Of a stretch of 64,000 nucleotides of DNA, positions 1-13,768 are shown piece after piece (position 1 is the stretch's first letter; every line of letters begins with the position of its first letter). The notes under the pieces were generated by a model. That model had not been told where the DNA came from and ran no database searches. It saw only the letters and a program-made list of their open reading frames with translations. The stretch lies in contig OZ024745.1 of NCBI GenBank assembly GCA_964016885.1, positions 98,270,001-98,334,000 on the forward strand, read 5' to 3'. Position numbers and translations under genes: made by a program. Source of the stretch: Eledone cirrhosa (lineage: Eukaryota).

Positions 1-440
1 ACATAATTTATCTACTAAATTTCGTAAACAAAAATAATTTCGTAAAACTAAATAATTTAAAATTGATTTCTTTTCAAAGTTGCACTTCCGGTATATTGTT
101 GCCACCACCACCACTTCAACTACCATATATATAGAAATAGAGAGTGTGTGATGTCAACACTTCCGGTGGCGATCACTTAAATAAACATACTAATATTCTG
201 TCACTAATTTTCTCCTAATGCAGTTTATATATAATATCGTCTTTTTTAATGTATGATGGATTACGTTACTGATTACATAAGACAGTGTAACAACGCCTTC
301 GTTCAATTTCTGTGTATATTGTCAATTACGATTTTATTTGATGTATCATATCTACATGTATACATACTTGCGTATAATATCAATATACACGCTACACATG
401 CTAGCAGAAAACCAGCTGAAGGGTGGTTTTTCTGCTAGTT

Positions 441-675
441 ATAATAATAAAAATAATTATTTTTAACATTGGCACAAAGCCAGCAATTTGGGGGCAGGAA
501 AAAGTCGATTGTATCGCCCTCAGTAGTTAACTGGTACCTTTTGTTATTGACCCCGGAAGAATGAAAGGTAAAGTTGACCTCGGCAGCAGCTGAACACAGT
601 ACGTAGAAAGTCGGAACTAAGTACCGCAAAGCATTTCGTCCGAAGCTCTACCGATCGTTCCAAATCACTGCCCAC
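441..675 (-). mobile_element. tRNA-derived SINE, diverged copy of the dominant family in this window
   Basis: Reverse complement matches the family core cgaggtcaactttacctttcattcttccggggtcaataa...gtaccag and the gctggc-ttgtgcc 3' part, with an AT-rich tail. Confidence 0.75.
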
Positions 676-689
676 TTACAATAAATAGC

Positions 690-743
690 AATAGCAACAA
701 CAGTACTTTCAACAACAAAAACAACAAAAACAACAACAACAAT

Positions 744-774
<31 letters not shown>

Positions 775-3700
775 TTAACTGTTATAATAATCGCAAGAAT
801 AACAATTTAAGTAGCTTTAGCAAAGACAAAAAATTAATACATTATTTTCAATAGCAATCATCACTAAAATTATAGTAACAACAACAACGACGACTACAAC
901 ATTATTTAATTACGTAATACACGACTGTTCCTCATCACCTTCACCAACAACAGCAGCAGCAACGTCAGAATCAACAGCAAAAAAAAAGGAAGACACCAGC
1001 AGTAGCAACCACACCAACAGCAGTAACACTTCCGAAAACGTAATATAGCAACAACAGTAACAACAACAGTAACAACATCAACAACAACAGTAACAACAAC
1101 AGTAACAACAACAGTAACAACAACAGTAACAACAGTAACAACAACAGTAACAACAGTAACAACAACAGTAACAACAACAGTAACAACAGTAACAACAACA
1201 GTAATAACAGTAACAACAACAGTAACAACAACAGTAACAACAGTAACAACAACAGTAACAACAACAGTAACAACAACAGTAACAACAACAGTAACAACAG
1301 TAACAACAACAGTAACAACAGTAACAACAACAGTAACAACAACAGTAACAACAGTAACAACAACAGTAACAACAACAGTAACAACAACAGTAACAACAGT
1401 AACAACAACAGTAACAACAACAGTAACAACAACAGTAACAACAACAGTAACAACAGTAACAACAACAGTAACAACAACAGTAACAACAACAGTAACAACA
1501 ACAGTAACAACAACAGTAACAACAGTAACAACAACAGTAACAACAACAGTAACAACAACAGTAACAACAACAGTAACAACAGTAACAACAACAGTAACAA
1601 CAACAGTAACGACAACAGTAACAACAACAGTAACAACAGTAACAACAGTAACAACAACAGTAACAACAACAGTAACAACAACAGTAACAACAACAGTAAC
1701 AACAGTAACAACAGTAACAACAACAGTAACAACAACAGTAACAACAACAGTAACAACAACAGTAACAACAGTAACAACAGTAACAACAACAGTAACAACA
1801 ACAGTAACAACAACACGATCAACAACAACAACAGTAACAACAACAACAGTAACAACAACAGTAACAACAACAGTAACAACAGTAACAACAGTAACAACAA
1901 CAGTAACAACAACAGTAACAACAACACCATCAACAACAACAACAGTAACAACAACAACAGTAACAACAACAGTAACAACAACACCATCAACAACAACAAC
2001 AGTAACAACAACACCATCAACAACAACAACAGTAACAACAGCAACAGTAACACCAATAACATCAATAACAACAACAACAACATTAAATGCAGCAACTGCA
2101 GTATAAAGTGCATCAACACCAATATGAACTTCTTCAGCAACAGCAGCAGGTATATCAGTAACTATTACAGCAGCAACACCAACTGTAGCAGCAATAATAG
2201 CAATGGCGGCAGACATAAACATGAACAACATAAACAATATCTGTTATAACAACAACAACATCACCAACTACAACAGCAGTAACAACAACAACAACAACAA
2301 CAACACAAACACCAACTACAACAGCAGTAACAACAACAACAAAACCAACTAAATAACAGTAACAACATCACCAACTACAACAACAATAACAACAACAGTA
2401 ACAACTACAACAACAGTAACAACAACAACACCAACACCAACACCAACTACAACAACAGTAACAACAACAACACCACCAACTACAACAACAGTAACAACAA
2501 CAACAACAACTACAATAACAGTAACAACAACAACAACATCACCAACACCAACTACAACAACAGTAACAACAACAACAACACCAGCTACAACAACAGTAAC
2601 AACAACAACAACATCACCAACACCAACTACAACAACAGTAACAACAACAACAACACCAGCTACAACAACAGTAACAACAACAACAACATCACCAACACCA
2701 ACTACAACAGTAACAACAACAACACGAACTACAACAACAGTAACAACAACAACAACAACAGCACCAACACCAACTACAACAACAGTAACAACAACAGCCA
2801 CGTTTGTAACAATAATAAACAACTTCTACAGCACTAACAATAACAACAACAACAGCAGCAGCAGCAGCAGCAACAGAAGTAACAACAGCAACAACAGCAG
2901 CAGCAGCAACATCAGTAACAACAACAACACCAACTGCCACAGCAGTTACAAAAACAACCAACAACAACAGCAGCAGCAGTAACAACAACAGCAGCAGCAG
3001 CAGTAACAACAGCAGCAGTGGTAGCAACAACAACAACAACAATAACGACAACTACTTCAACAACTGCAGCAGTAACAGCAACTGCAACAAATGCAACGTC
3101 AACTGCAGCAGCAACCTCAGAAATAGCAGTAGTAATAACAACACCAACTGCAGCATCAACAGCAGTAGTAACAGCAACAACAGCAGCAGCATCAACAGCA
3201 GTAATAACAACACCAACTACAGCATCAACAGCAGTAGTAACAACACCAACTGCAGCATCAGCACCAGCACCACCAGCAGTAATAACAACACCAACAGCAG
3301 CATCAACAGCAGCAGTAACAACATCAACAGCAGCATCAACAGCAGCAGTAACAACACCAACTGCAGCATCAACACCAGCACCACCAGCAGTAATAAGAAC
3401 ACCAACAGCAGCATCAACAGCAGCAGTAACAACACCAACTGCAGCATCAACACCAGCACCAACAGCAGTAATAACAACACCAACAGCAGCATCAACAGCA
3501 GCAGTAACAACACCAACTGCAGCATCAACACCAGCACCAACAGCAGTAATAACAACACCAACAGCAGCATCAACAGCAGTAGTAACAACACCAACTGCAG
3601 CATCAACACCAGCAGTAATAACAACACCAACAGCAGCATCAACAGCAGCAGTAACAACACCAACTGCAGCATCAACACCAGCACCAACAGCAGTAATTAC

Positions 3701-3810
3701 AACACCAACAGCAGCATCAACAGCAGTAGTAACAACACCAACTGCAATAACAATGACAACAGCAGCAACATCAGAATCAACAACAACAGCAACAGCAACA
3801 ACAACAGCAG
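690..3810. repeat. Compound (ACA)n / ACAGTA / GCA-ACA-CCA low-complexity tandem repeats
   Basis: Trinucleotide-based degenerate arrays, e.g. (ACAACAACAGTA)n at 1045-2050 and longer gcagcatcaacagcagcagtaacaacacca-type units at 3120-3750. ORFs here are poly-V/T/L artefacts. Confidence 0.95.
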
Positions 3811-3811
3811 T

Positions 3812-4007
3812 AATAATAATTGTTTCTATTTTTGGCACAAGGCCAGCAATTACCCAGTACATTACTGGTACTTTATTTTATCGATCTCGTAAGGATGAAA
3901 GGCAAAGTTAACCTCGACGGATTTTGAACTCAGACCGTAAAGGGCCGTAACTCTATGCTGCAAAGCATGGTATCCGACTCTCTACCGATACTGCCAATAC
4001 ACCGCCC
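3812..4007 (-). mobile_element. tRNA-derived SINE, full-length copy
   Basis: Minus strand reads ggcggtgtattggcagtatcggtagag...ctgagttcaaaatccgtcgaggttaactttgcctttcatccttacgag...gtaccag...ggccttgtgccaaaaatagaaacaattattatt. It has a B-box-like GAGTTCAAA and a (TAT)n tail. Confidence 0.85.
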
Positions 4008-4009
4008 TA

Positions 4010-6594
4010 GCAGCAGCAATAATAATAACAACAATAATAGCAACAACAACAACAACTGCACTAGCAACAACAACAACAGTATCAGCAGCAGTAACATCAT
4101 CATCAACAACTACAACAATAACCACAACAACAATATCAGCAACAACTGCAGCAAAATGACTGCAAGACAACAGCAGTAACAATAACAACAACAGCAGCAC
4201 AAATAACATCACCAAATGCAGCAGTAACATCAGAATCAAAAGCAGAAGCAGTAATAACCACAACAACAACAAAAACAACACAACCAATATTAATAATACA
4301 AACACTAACAATGCTAACACCACCACCAACAACAACACCAACACCACCAACAACAACCCTACATCAACACCAACAACACCAACAACACCAACACTAACAT
4401 CAACACCACGAGCACCAACAACAACACCAACAAGACTACCAACACCACCACAACCAACACCACCAACACCACGAACAGAAACACCAACAACAACACCAAC
4501 ACCACCAACACCAACACCAACAATATTACCAATACCACCAACACCACGAACAACACCAACAACAACACCAACATCACCAACAACACCACCAACACCACGA
4601 ACAACACCAACAACAACACCAACATCACCAACAACACCCACAACACCACCACCAACAACAACAACACAAACATCACCAGCAACACCACCAACACCACAAA
4701 CGACAACACCAACACCAACAACAACACCAACACCACGAACAACACCAACAACAACACCAACATCACCAACACCACCAACAACAACACCAACACCAACATC
4801 ACCAACAACACCAACAACACCAACAACAACACCAACACCAACAACAACACCAACATCACCAACAACACCAACAAGACTACCAACACCACCAACACCACCA
4901 ATAACAACACCAACACCCACAACAACACCTACATCACCAACACCAACAAGACTACCACCAACAACAACAACACCAACACCAACAACACCACCTACAACAA
5001 CAACACCAACACCAACATCCCCAACAACAACAACATCACCGGCTTCGAGACCCCCAACACCAACAACAACACCACCAACTTCAGTAACATCAACACCAAC
5101 ACCAACAGCACCAACAACACCAACATCAACACCACCAACACCAACATCACCGACATCAACACCATCAACACCAACATCAACACCAACAACAACACCAACA
5201 TCAACACCAACAACAACACCAACATCACCATCACCAACTATACCAACAACAACAACACCACCAACAGCACCAACACTAACACAACCAACACCAAAAGCAA
5301 CACCAACAACACTAACACCAATAGAAAGAACAACAACACTTCCAACAACAACACCACCAACACCAATAACATTACCAACATCCCTAACAACACCACCATC
5401 TACAACAACACCGCCAACACCGTAAGCACCGCCAACACCACCAACATCAACAACACCAACATCAACAACACCAACATCAACAACACCAACATCAATAACA
5501 CCAACACAACCAACAACAACACCGCCAACATCAACACAACCAACATCAATAACACCAACACAACCAACACCAACACCGCCAACACCACCAGCATCAATAT
5601 CACCAACAACAACACCACCAACATCAACAACACCAACACAACCAACACTAACACCAACAACACCACCAATATCAACACCACCAACACCAACATTACCAAC
5701 ATCACCAACAACACCATCAACAACAACAACGCAAACACCAACACAGCAAGCATCTACAACAACACCAACATCACCACCAACACAACCAACATCAACACCA
5801 ACAACACCACCAACACAACCAACAATACCGCCAACACCAACAACACACAAGCACCAATACCACCAACAACAACACTACCAACACCAACACATCCAACAAC
5901 ACCGCCAACACCAACAACGCCGCCAACACCAACAACACCAACAACAACACTACCAACACCAACACATCCAACAACACCGCCAACACCAACAACGCCGCCA
6001 ACACCAACAACACCAACAACAACACTACCAACACCAACACATCCAACAACACCGCCAACACCAACAACGCCGCCAACACCAACAACGCCGCCAACACCAA
6101 CAACACCAACAACAACACTACCAACACCAACACCAACACAGCCAACAACACCGCCAACACCAACAACGCCGCCAACACCAACACCAACACCACCAACAAC
6201 ACCACCAACACCAACAACACACCAACAATACCGCCAACACCAACAACGCCGCCAACACCAACACCACCAACAACACCACCAACACCAACAACACACCAAC
6301 AATACCGCCAACACCAACAACGCCGCCAACACCAACACCACCAACAACAACACTGCCAATACCATCATGCCGCCAACACCAACACCAACACTAACACCAA
6401 TATCACCGACAACACCAACAACATCACCACCAGCAACAACACTGCCAACACCATCAACACCGCCAACACCAACACCAATACCGTCAACACCACCACCAAC
6501 ACCAACATCACCATCATCTACACCTGCATCAACATCAACCCAAATATTGCATCACCAGAGACAGCAACAGCAGCAGCTGTAGCAGCAGAAACAG

Positions 6595-6626
<32 letters not shown>

Positions 6627-6650
6627 ACAGTAGCAGCAGCAGCAACAGAC
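4010..6650. repeat. (ACACCA/ACA)n degenerate low-complexity repeat
   Basis: C/A-rich trinucleotide-derived array. Confidence 0.95.
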
Positions 6651-6964
6651 AGTGGCATGATGAAGAGGTAGAAAAGGAGTAGGGTGACAAGAAAGAGGAT
6701 TGGTGTAAGCGAGAGATGGGGCGGGAGGAGTAGGAGGAGGTAATATGTACTATGAAAGGACAGCATTATCGATTAGTAGTGCCTGTCTAGTGTGCCGTAG
6801 GTCTGTGACTCACACGGTACTGGGTGAAATTGTTCACACTCTTGCATTGGTCGATCATCACTATACACCCCACCACCACTACCACCACCACCACCACCCT
6901 ACACCCTGACATTGACTTCCTTCTGCTGCTGCTGCTAATGATGATGATGATGATGATGTTCCCA

Positions 6965-9900
6965 TTGTTGTTGTTGTGGTGGTGGTGGTAGTGGTGGTAG
7001 TAGTGGTGTTGTTATTGTTGGTGGTGTTGTTGTGGTGGTGTTGTTATTGTTGGTGATGTTGTTGTGGTGGTGGTGGTAGTAGTGGTGTTGTTATTGTTGG
7101 TGATATTGTTGTTGTTGTGGTGGTGGTAGTAGTGGTGTTGTTATTGTTGGTGATGTTGTTGTGGTAGTGGTGTTGTTATTGTTGGTGATGTTGTTGTGGT
7201 AGTAGTGGTGTTGTTATTGTTGGTGATGTTGTTGTGGTGGTGGTGGTAGTAGTGGTGTTGTTATTGTTGGTGATGTTGTTGTGGTGGTGGTGGTAGTAGT
7301 AGTGGTGTTGTTATTGTTGGTGATGGTGTTGTGGTGGTGGTGGTAGTAGTGGTGTTGTTATTGTTGGTGATATTGTTGTTGTTGTGGTGGTGGTAGTAGT
7401 GGTGTTGTTATTGGTGGTGATGTTGTTGTGGTGGTAGTAGTGGTGTTGTTATTGTTGGTGGTGTTGTTGTGGTGGTGGTAGTAGTAGTGGTGTTGTTATT
7501 GTTGGTGATGTTGTTGTGGTGGTGGTGGTAGTGGTGTTGTTATTGTTGGTGATGTTGTTGTGGTGGTGGTGGTAGTAGTGGTGTTGTTGTTGTTGGTGAT
7601 GTTGTTGTGGTGGTGGTGGTAGTAGTGGTGTTGTTATTGTTGGTGATGTTGTTGTGGTGGTGGAGGTAGTGGTGTTGTTATTGTTGGTGATGTTGTGGTG
7701 GTGGTGGTAGTAGTGGTGTTGTTATTGTTGGTGATGTTGTTGTGGTGGTGGTGGTAGTGGTGTTGTTATTGTTGGTGATGTTGTTGTGGTGGTGGTGGTA
7801 GTGGTGTTATTGTTGGTGATGTTGTTGTGGTGTTGGTGGTAGTGGTGGTGTTGTTATTGTTGGTGATGTTGTGGTGGTGGTGGTAGTAGTGGCGTTGTTA
7901 TTGTTGGTGATGTTGTTGTGGTGGTGGTGGTAGTGGTGTTGTTATTGTTGGTGATGTTGTTGTGGTGGTGGTGGTGGTGGTAGTGGTGTTGTTATTGTTG
8001 GTGATGTTGTGGTGGTGGTGGTGGTAGTGGTGTTGTTATTGTTGGTGATGTTGTGGTGGTGGTGGTAGTAGTGGTGTTGTTATTGTTGGTGATGTTGTTG
8101 TTGTGGTGGTGGTAGTAGTGGCGTTGTTATTGTTGGTGATGTTGTTGTGGTGGTGGTGGTAGTGGTGTTGTTATTGTTGGTGATGTTGTTGTGGTGGTGG
8201 TAGTAGTGGTGTTGTTATTGTTGGTGATGTTGTTGTTGTGGTGGTGGTGGTAGTGGTGTTGTTATTGTTGGTGATGTTGTTGTGGTTGTAGTAGTAGTGG
8301 TGGTGGTGGTGGTGTTGTTATTGTTGGTGATGTTGTTGTTGTGGTGGTGGTGGTAGTGGTGTTGTTATTGTTGGTGATGTTGTTGTTGTGGTGGTGGTGG
8401 TAGTGGTGTTGTTATTGTTGGTGATGTTGTTGTGGTTGTAGTAGTAGTGGTGGTGGTAGTGGTGTTGTTATTGTTGGTGATGTTGTTGTTGTGGTGGTGG
8501 TGGTAGTGGTGTTGTTATTGTTGGTGATGTTGTTGTTGTGGTGGTGGTGGTAGTGGTGTTGTTATTGTTGGTGATGTTGTTGTGGTTGTAGTAGTAGTGG
8601 TGGTGGTGGTGGTGTTGTTATTGTTGGTGATATTGTTGTGGTGGTGGTGGTGGTGGTGTTGTTATTGTTGGTGATATTGTTGTGGTGGTGGTGGTAGTGA
8701 TGGTAGTGGTGTTGTTATTGTTGGTGTTGTTGTTGTTAATGTTGGTGGTGTTGGTGGTGTTGTTGTGGCGGTGTTGGTGGTGGTGTTGTTGTTGTTAATG
8801 GTGGTGGTGTTGGTGGTGTTGTTGTTGTTAATGGTGGTGGTGTTGGTGGTGTTGTTGGTGTTGTTGTTGTTAATGGTGGTGGTGTGGGTGGTGTTGTTGG
8901 TGTTGTTGTTGTTAATGGTGGTGTTGTTGTTAATGGTGTTGGTGTTGGTGGTGTTGTTGTTGTTAATGGTGGTGGTGTTGTTGGTGTTGTTGGTGTTGTT
9001 GTTGTTAATGGTGGTGGTGTTGGTGGTGTTGTTGTTGTTAATGGTGGTGGTGTTGTTGGTGTTGTTGTTGTTAATGGTGGTGGTGTTGGTGGTGTTGTTG
9101 TTGTTAATGGTGGTGGTGTTGTTGGTGTTGTTGTTGTTAATGGTGGTGGTGTTGTTGGTGTTGTTGTTGTTAATGGTGGTGGTGTTGGTGGTGGTGTTGG
9201 TGGTGTTGTTGTTGTTAATGGTGGTGGTGTTGGTGGTGTTGTTGTTGTTAATGGTGGTGGTGTTGTTGGTGTTGTTGTTGTTAATGGTGGTGGTGTTGGT
9301 GGTGGTGTTGTTGTTGTTGTTAATGGTGGTGGTGTTGTTGGTGGTGTTGTTGGTGTTGTTGTTGTTAATGGTGGTGGTGTTGGTGGTGTTGTTGTTGTTA
9401 ATGGTGGTGGTGTTGTTGGTGTTGTTGTTGTTAATGGTGGTGGTGTTGGTGGTGGTGTTGGTGGTGTTGTTGTTGTTAATGGTGGTGGTGTTGGTGGTGT
9501 TGTTGTTGTTAATGGTGATGGTGTTGGTGGTCTTGTTGTTAATGGTGGTGGTGTTGTTGTTGTTAATGGTGGTGGTGTTGTTGGTGTTGTTGTTAATGGT
9601 GGTGTTGTTGGTGGTGTTGTTGTTGTTAATGGTGGTGGTGTTGGTGGTATTGTTGTTGTTAATGGTGGTGGTGTTGGTGGTGTTGGTGGTATTGTTGTTG
9701 TTAATGGTGGTGTTGTTGGTGGTGGTGTTGTTTTAATGGTGGTGGTGTTGGTGGTGTTGTTGGTGTTGTTGTTGTTAATGGTGGTGTTGTTGGTGGTGTT
9801 GTTATTGTTAATGGTGGTGGTGTTGGTGGTGTTGTTGTTGTTGGTGGTGTTGGTGGTGGTGTTGGTGGTGCTGTTGTTGTTAATGGTGGTGGTGTTGGTG

Positions 9901-12900
9901 GTGTTGTTGTTGTTAGTGGTGTTGGTGGTGGTGTTGTTGTTGTTAATGGTGGTGGTGTTGGTGGTGTTGTTGTTATTAATGGTGGTGGTGTTGGTGGTGT
10001 TGGTGGTTTTGGTGGTGTTGGTGGTGTTGGTGGTGTTGGTGGTGGTGTTGTTGTTGTTAATGGTGTTGGTGTTGGTGGTGTTGTTGTTGTTAATGGTGGT
10101 GGTGTTGGTGGTGGTGTTGTTGTTGTTAATGGTGTTGGTGTTGGTGGTGGTGTAGTTGTCAATGGTGGTGTTGTTGTTGGTGTTGTTGTTGTTAATGGTG
10201 GTGGTGTTGGTGGTGGTGTTGTTGTTAATGTTGGTGGTGTTGTTGTTGTTAATGGTGGTTGTGTTGTTGGTGTTGTTGTTGTTAATGGTGGTGGTGTTGG
10301 TGGTGTTATTTTTGTTAATGGTGGTGGTGTTGGTGGTGTTGTTGTTTTTAATGGTGGTGGTGTTGGTGGTGTTGGTGGTGTTGGTGGTGTTATTTTTGTT
10401 AATGGTGGTGGTGTTGGTGGTGTTGTTGTTGTTAATGGTGGTGGTGTTGGTGGTGTTGTTGGTGTTAATGGTGGTGGTGTTGGTGGTGTTGTTGTTGTTA
10501 ATGGTGGTGGTGTTGGTGGTGCTGTTGTTATTAATGGTGGGGGTGTTGGTGGTGTTGTTGTTGTTAATGGTGGTGGTGTTGGTGGTGGTGTTGTTGTTAA
10601 TGGTGGTGGTGTTGGTGGTGTTGTTGTTGTTAATGGTGGTGGTGTTGGTGGTGCTGTTGTTGTTAATGGTGGTGGTGTTGGTGGTGCTGTTGTTATTAAT
10701 GGTGTTGTTGTTGGTGGTGTTGTTGTTGTTAATGGTGGTGGTGTTGGTGGTGCTGTTGTTATTAATGGTGGGGGTGTTGGTGGTGTTGTTGTTGTTGTTA
10801 ATGGTGGTGGTGTTGGTGGTGCTGTTGTTAATGGTGGTGGTGTTGGTGGTGTTGTTGTTAATGGTGGAGGTGTTGGTGGTGTTGTTGTTGTTAATGGTGT
10901 TGGTGTTGGTGGTGCTGCTGTTGTTAATAGTGGTGGTGTTGGTGGTGTTGTTGTTGTTAATGGTGGTGTTGTTGGTGTTGTTGTTGTTAATGGTGGTGGT
11001 GTTGTTGTTGTTAATGGTGGCGGTGTTGTTGTTATTAATGGTGGTGGTGTTGGTGGTGTTGTTGTTGTTAATGGTGGTGGTGTTGGTGGTGTTGTTGTTG
11101 TTAATGGTGGTGGTGTTGGTGGTGTTGTTGTTGTTAATGGTGGTGGTGTTGGTGGTGTTGTTGTTGTTAATGGTGGTGGTGTTGGTGGTGTTGTTGTTGT
11201 TAATGGTGGTGGTGTTGGTGGTGTTGTTGTTGTTAATGGTGATGGTCTTGGTGTTGTTGTTGTTGGTGGTGGTGTTGGTGTTGTTGGTGTTGTTCTTGTT
11301 AATGGTGGTGGTGTTGGTGATGTTGTTGTTGTTAATGGTGGTGGTGTTGTTGTTGTTAATGGTGGCGGTGTTGTTGTTATTAATGGTGGTGGTGTTGGTG
11401 GTGTTGTTGTTGTTAATGGTGGTGGTCTTGGTGGTGTTGTTTTTAATGGTGGTGGTGTTGGTGGTGCTGTTGTTGTTAATGGTGGTGGTGTTGGTGGTGT
11501 TGTTGTTGTTAGTGGTGTTGGTGGTGTTGTTGTTGTTAATGGTGGTGGTGTTGGTGGTGATGTTGTTGTTAATGGTGGTGGTGTTGGTGGTGCTGTTGTT
11601 GTTAATGGTGGTGGTGTTGGTGGTGTTGTTGTTGTTGGTGGTGTTGGTGTTGGTGGTGCTGTTGTTGTTAATGGTGGTGTTGGTGGTGTTGTTGTTGTTA
11701 ATGGTGGTGGTGTTGGTGGTGTTGTTGTTGTTAATGGTGGTGGTGTTGGTGGTGTTGTTGTTGTTAATGGTGGTGGTGTTGGTGGTGTTGTTGTTGTTAA
11801 TGGTGGTGGTGTTGTTGGTGTTGTTGTTGTTAATGGTGGTGGTGTTGGTGGTGTTGTTGTTGTTAATGGTGGTGGTGTTGGTGGTGTTGTTGTTGTTAAT
11901 GGTGGTGGTGTTGGTGGTGTTGTTGTTGTTAATGGTGGTGGTGTTGGTGGTGCTGTTGTTGTTAATGGTGGTGGTGTTGGTGGTGCTGTTGTTGTTAATG
12001 GTGGTGGTGTTGGTGGTGTTGTTGTTGTTAATGCTGGTGGTGTTGGTGGTGCTGTTGTTGTTAATGGTGGTGGTGTTGGTGGTGGTGTTTGTGGTGTTGT
12101 TGTTGTTAATGGTGGTGGTGTTGGTGGTGTTGTTGTTGTTAATGGTGGTGGTGTTGGTGGTGCTGTTGTTGTTAATGGTGGTGGTGTTGGTGGTGGTGTT
12201 GGTGGTGTTGTTGTTGTTAATGGTGGTGGTGTTGGTGGTGTTGTTGTTGTTAATGGTGGTGGTGTTGGTGGTGCTGTTGTTGTTAATGGTGGTGGTGTTG
12301 GTGGTGGTGTTGTTGTTAATGGTGATGGTGTTGGTGGTGTTGTTGGTATTGTTGTTAGTGGTATTGGTGGTAGTGATAATGTTAGTGGTTGTGGTGGTGG
12401 TGTTGTTAGTGGTAGTGGTGGTAGTGATAATGGTAGTGGTGGTGGTGGTGTTGTTAGTGGTAGTGGTGGTAGTGATAATGGTAGTGGTGGTGGTGGTGGT
12501 GGTGTTGTTGTCACTGGTAGTGTTGGTAGTGTAATGGTAGTGGTGTTGTTAGTGGTAGTGGTGGTAGAGATAATGGTAGTGGTGCTGGTGGTGTTGTTGT
12601 TAGTGGTAGTGGTGTTAGTGATAATGTTAGTCGTGGTGGTGTTGTTGTTGTTGGTGGTGATGGTGGTAGTGGTAGGCTGGTTGTTGTTGTTGGGTGTCGT
12701 GGAGGTGGTGGTGATAGTGGTCGTGGTGGTGGTTGTGGTGATGCTGGTGCTGGGGGTGCTGCTGGTGCTGATGCTGGTGGTGGTGGTGGCGGCGCTGGTG
12801 GTGCTGGTGTTGTTGATGGTGGTGGAGGTGTTGATGGTGGTGTGGCGCTGATGGTGGTGGTGGTGGCAGCAGTGGTGTTGGTGGTGGTGGTGGTGGTGAT

Positions 12901-13176
12901 GGTGGTGGGTGTGGTGGTGGTGGTGAGGTGGTAGCTGTGCTGGTAGTGATGGTACTGGTAGTGTTGGTGGTGGTGGCAGCAGTGTTGTTGGTGGTGGTGG
13001 TGTTGGTGTTGGTGGTGGTGGTGTTGGTGTTGTTGGTGGTGGTGGTGGTGATGGTGATGGTGGTGGGTGTGGTGGTGGTGGTGGTGGTGGTGGTGGTGGT
13101 AGCTGTGCTGGTAGTTGTGGTACTGGTAGTGTTGGTGGTGGTGGCAGCAGTGGTGTTGGTGGTGGTGGTGTTGTTG

Positions 13177-13208
<32 letters not shown>

Positions 13209-13370
13209 GGTGGCAGCTGTGCTGGTAGTTGTGGTACTGGTACTGGTGGTGGTGGTGGCAGCAGTGGTGTTGGTGGTGGTGGTGGTGGTGGTGGTGGTGG
13301 CAGCTGTGCTGGTAGTTGTGGTACTGGTACTGGTGGTGGTGGTGGCAGCAGTGGTGGTGGTGGTGGTGGT
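6965..13370. repeat. G/T-rich minisatellites: ~36-45-bp unit (6965-8720), ~33-bp unit ggtggtggtgttggtggtgttgttgttgttaat (8720-12350), and a degenerate GGT tail
   Basis: Directly visible periodic repeats. The 937-aa PPLTTTTPPT ORF is their translation. Confidence 0.95.
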
Positions 13371-13768
13371 GCTCTTAGAGTTGGAATTATTTCAAACTAT
13401 GCTTGAAACTGTCCAGTCTTGTCAGATTTGCTGCTGCTGCTGCTGTTTGTTATTGTTGTTGTTATTGTTGCTGCTGCTACTGTTGCTGCTGTTGCTGTTG
13501 CTGTTGCTGCTACTACTGTTGTGGTTACAGTTTAGCCCCAGGATAAACTTGATCCAGCAATTGACACCAGGACTTTTTTATTCAGACATATTTTATTTCA
13601 GACAACAATATGTAATATATCCTTCCTCTTTTTTATTGAAAGCAGGAATTGTTTCGAGGGATATTTGGCTGTTAGTTTTAGCAGGTCCAGTGACCACATA
13701 CAGGTTTATAGTTAGTGGTGGTGATAGTGGTCATTATTGTCTGTTTGTGTTGATGGTAATAGTGTTGT

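Noticed and set aside
83-167. Two CACTTCCGGT (ETS-like) motifs suggesting a promoter
   Set aside because: Short motifs alone, with no linked gene start visible.
9701-12514. 937-aa Pro/Thr mucin-like ORF (and the other poly-V/L/T/S ORFs at 906-6368, 8765-13773, 37429-40887 and 58398-60239)
   Set aside because: These are stop-free translations of trinucleotide-based tandem repeats, open in several frames and strands at once, with no signal peptide or non-repetitive domain.
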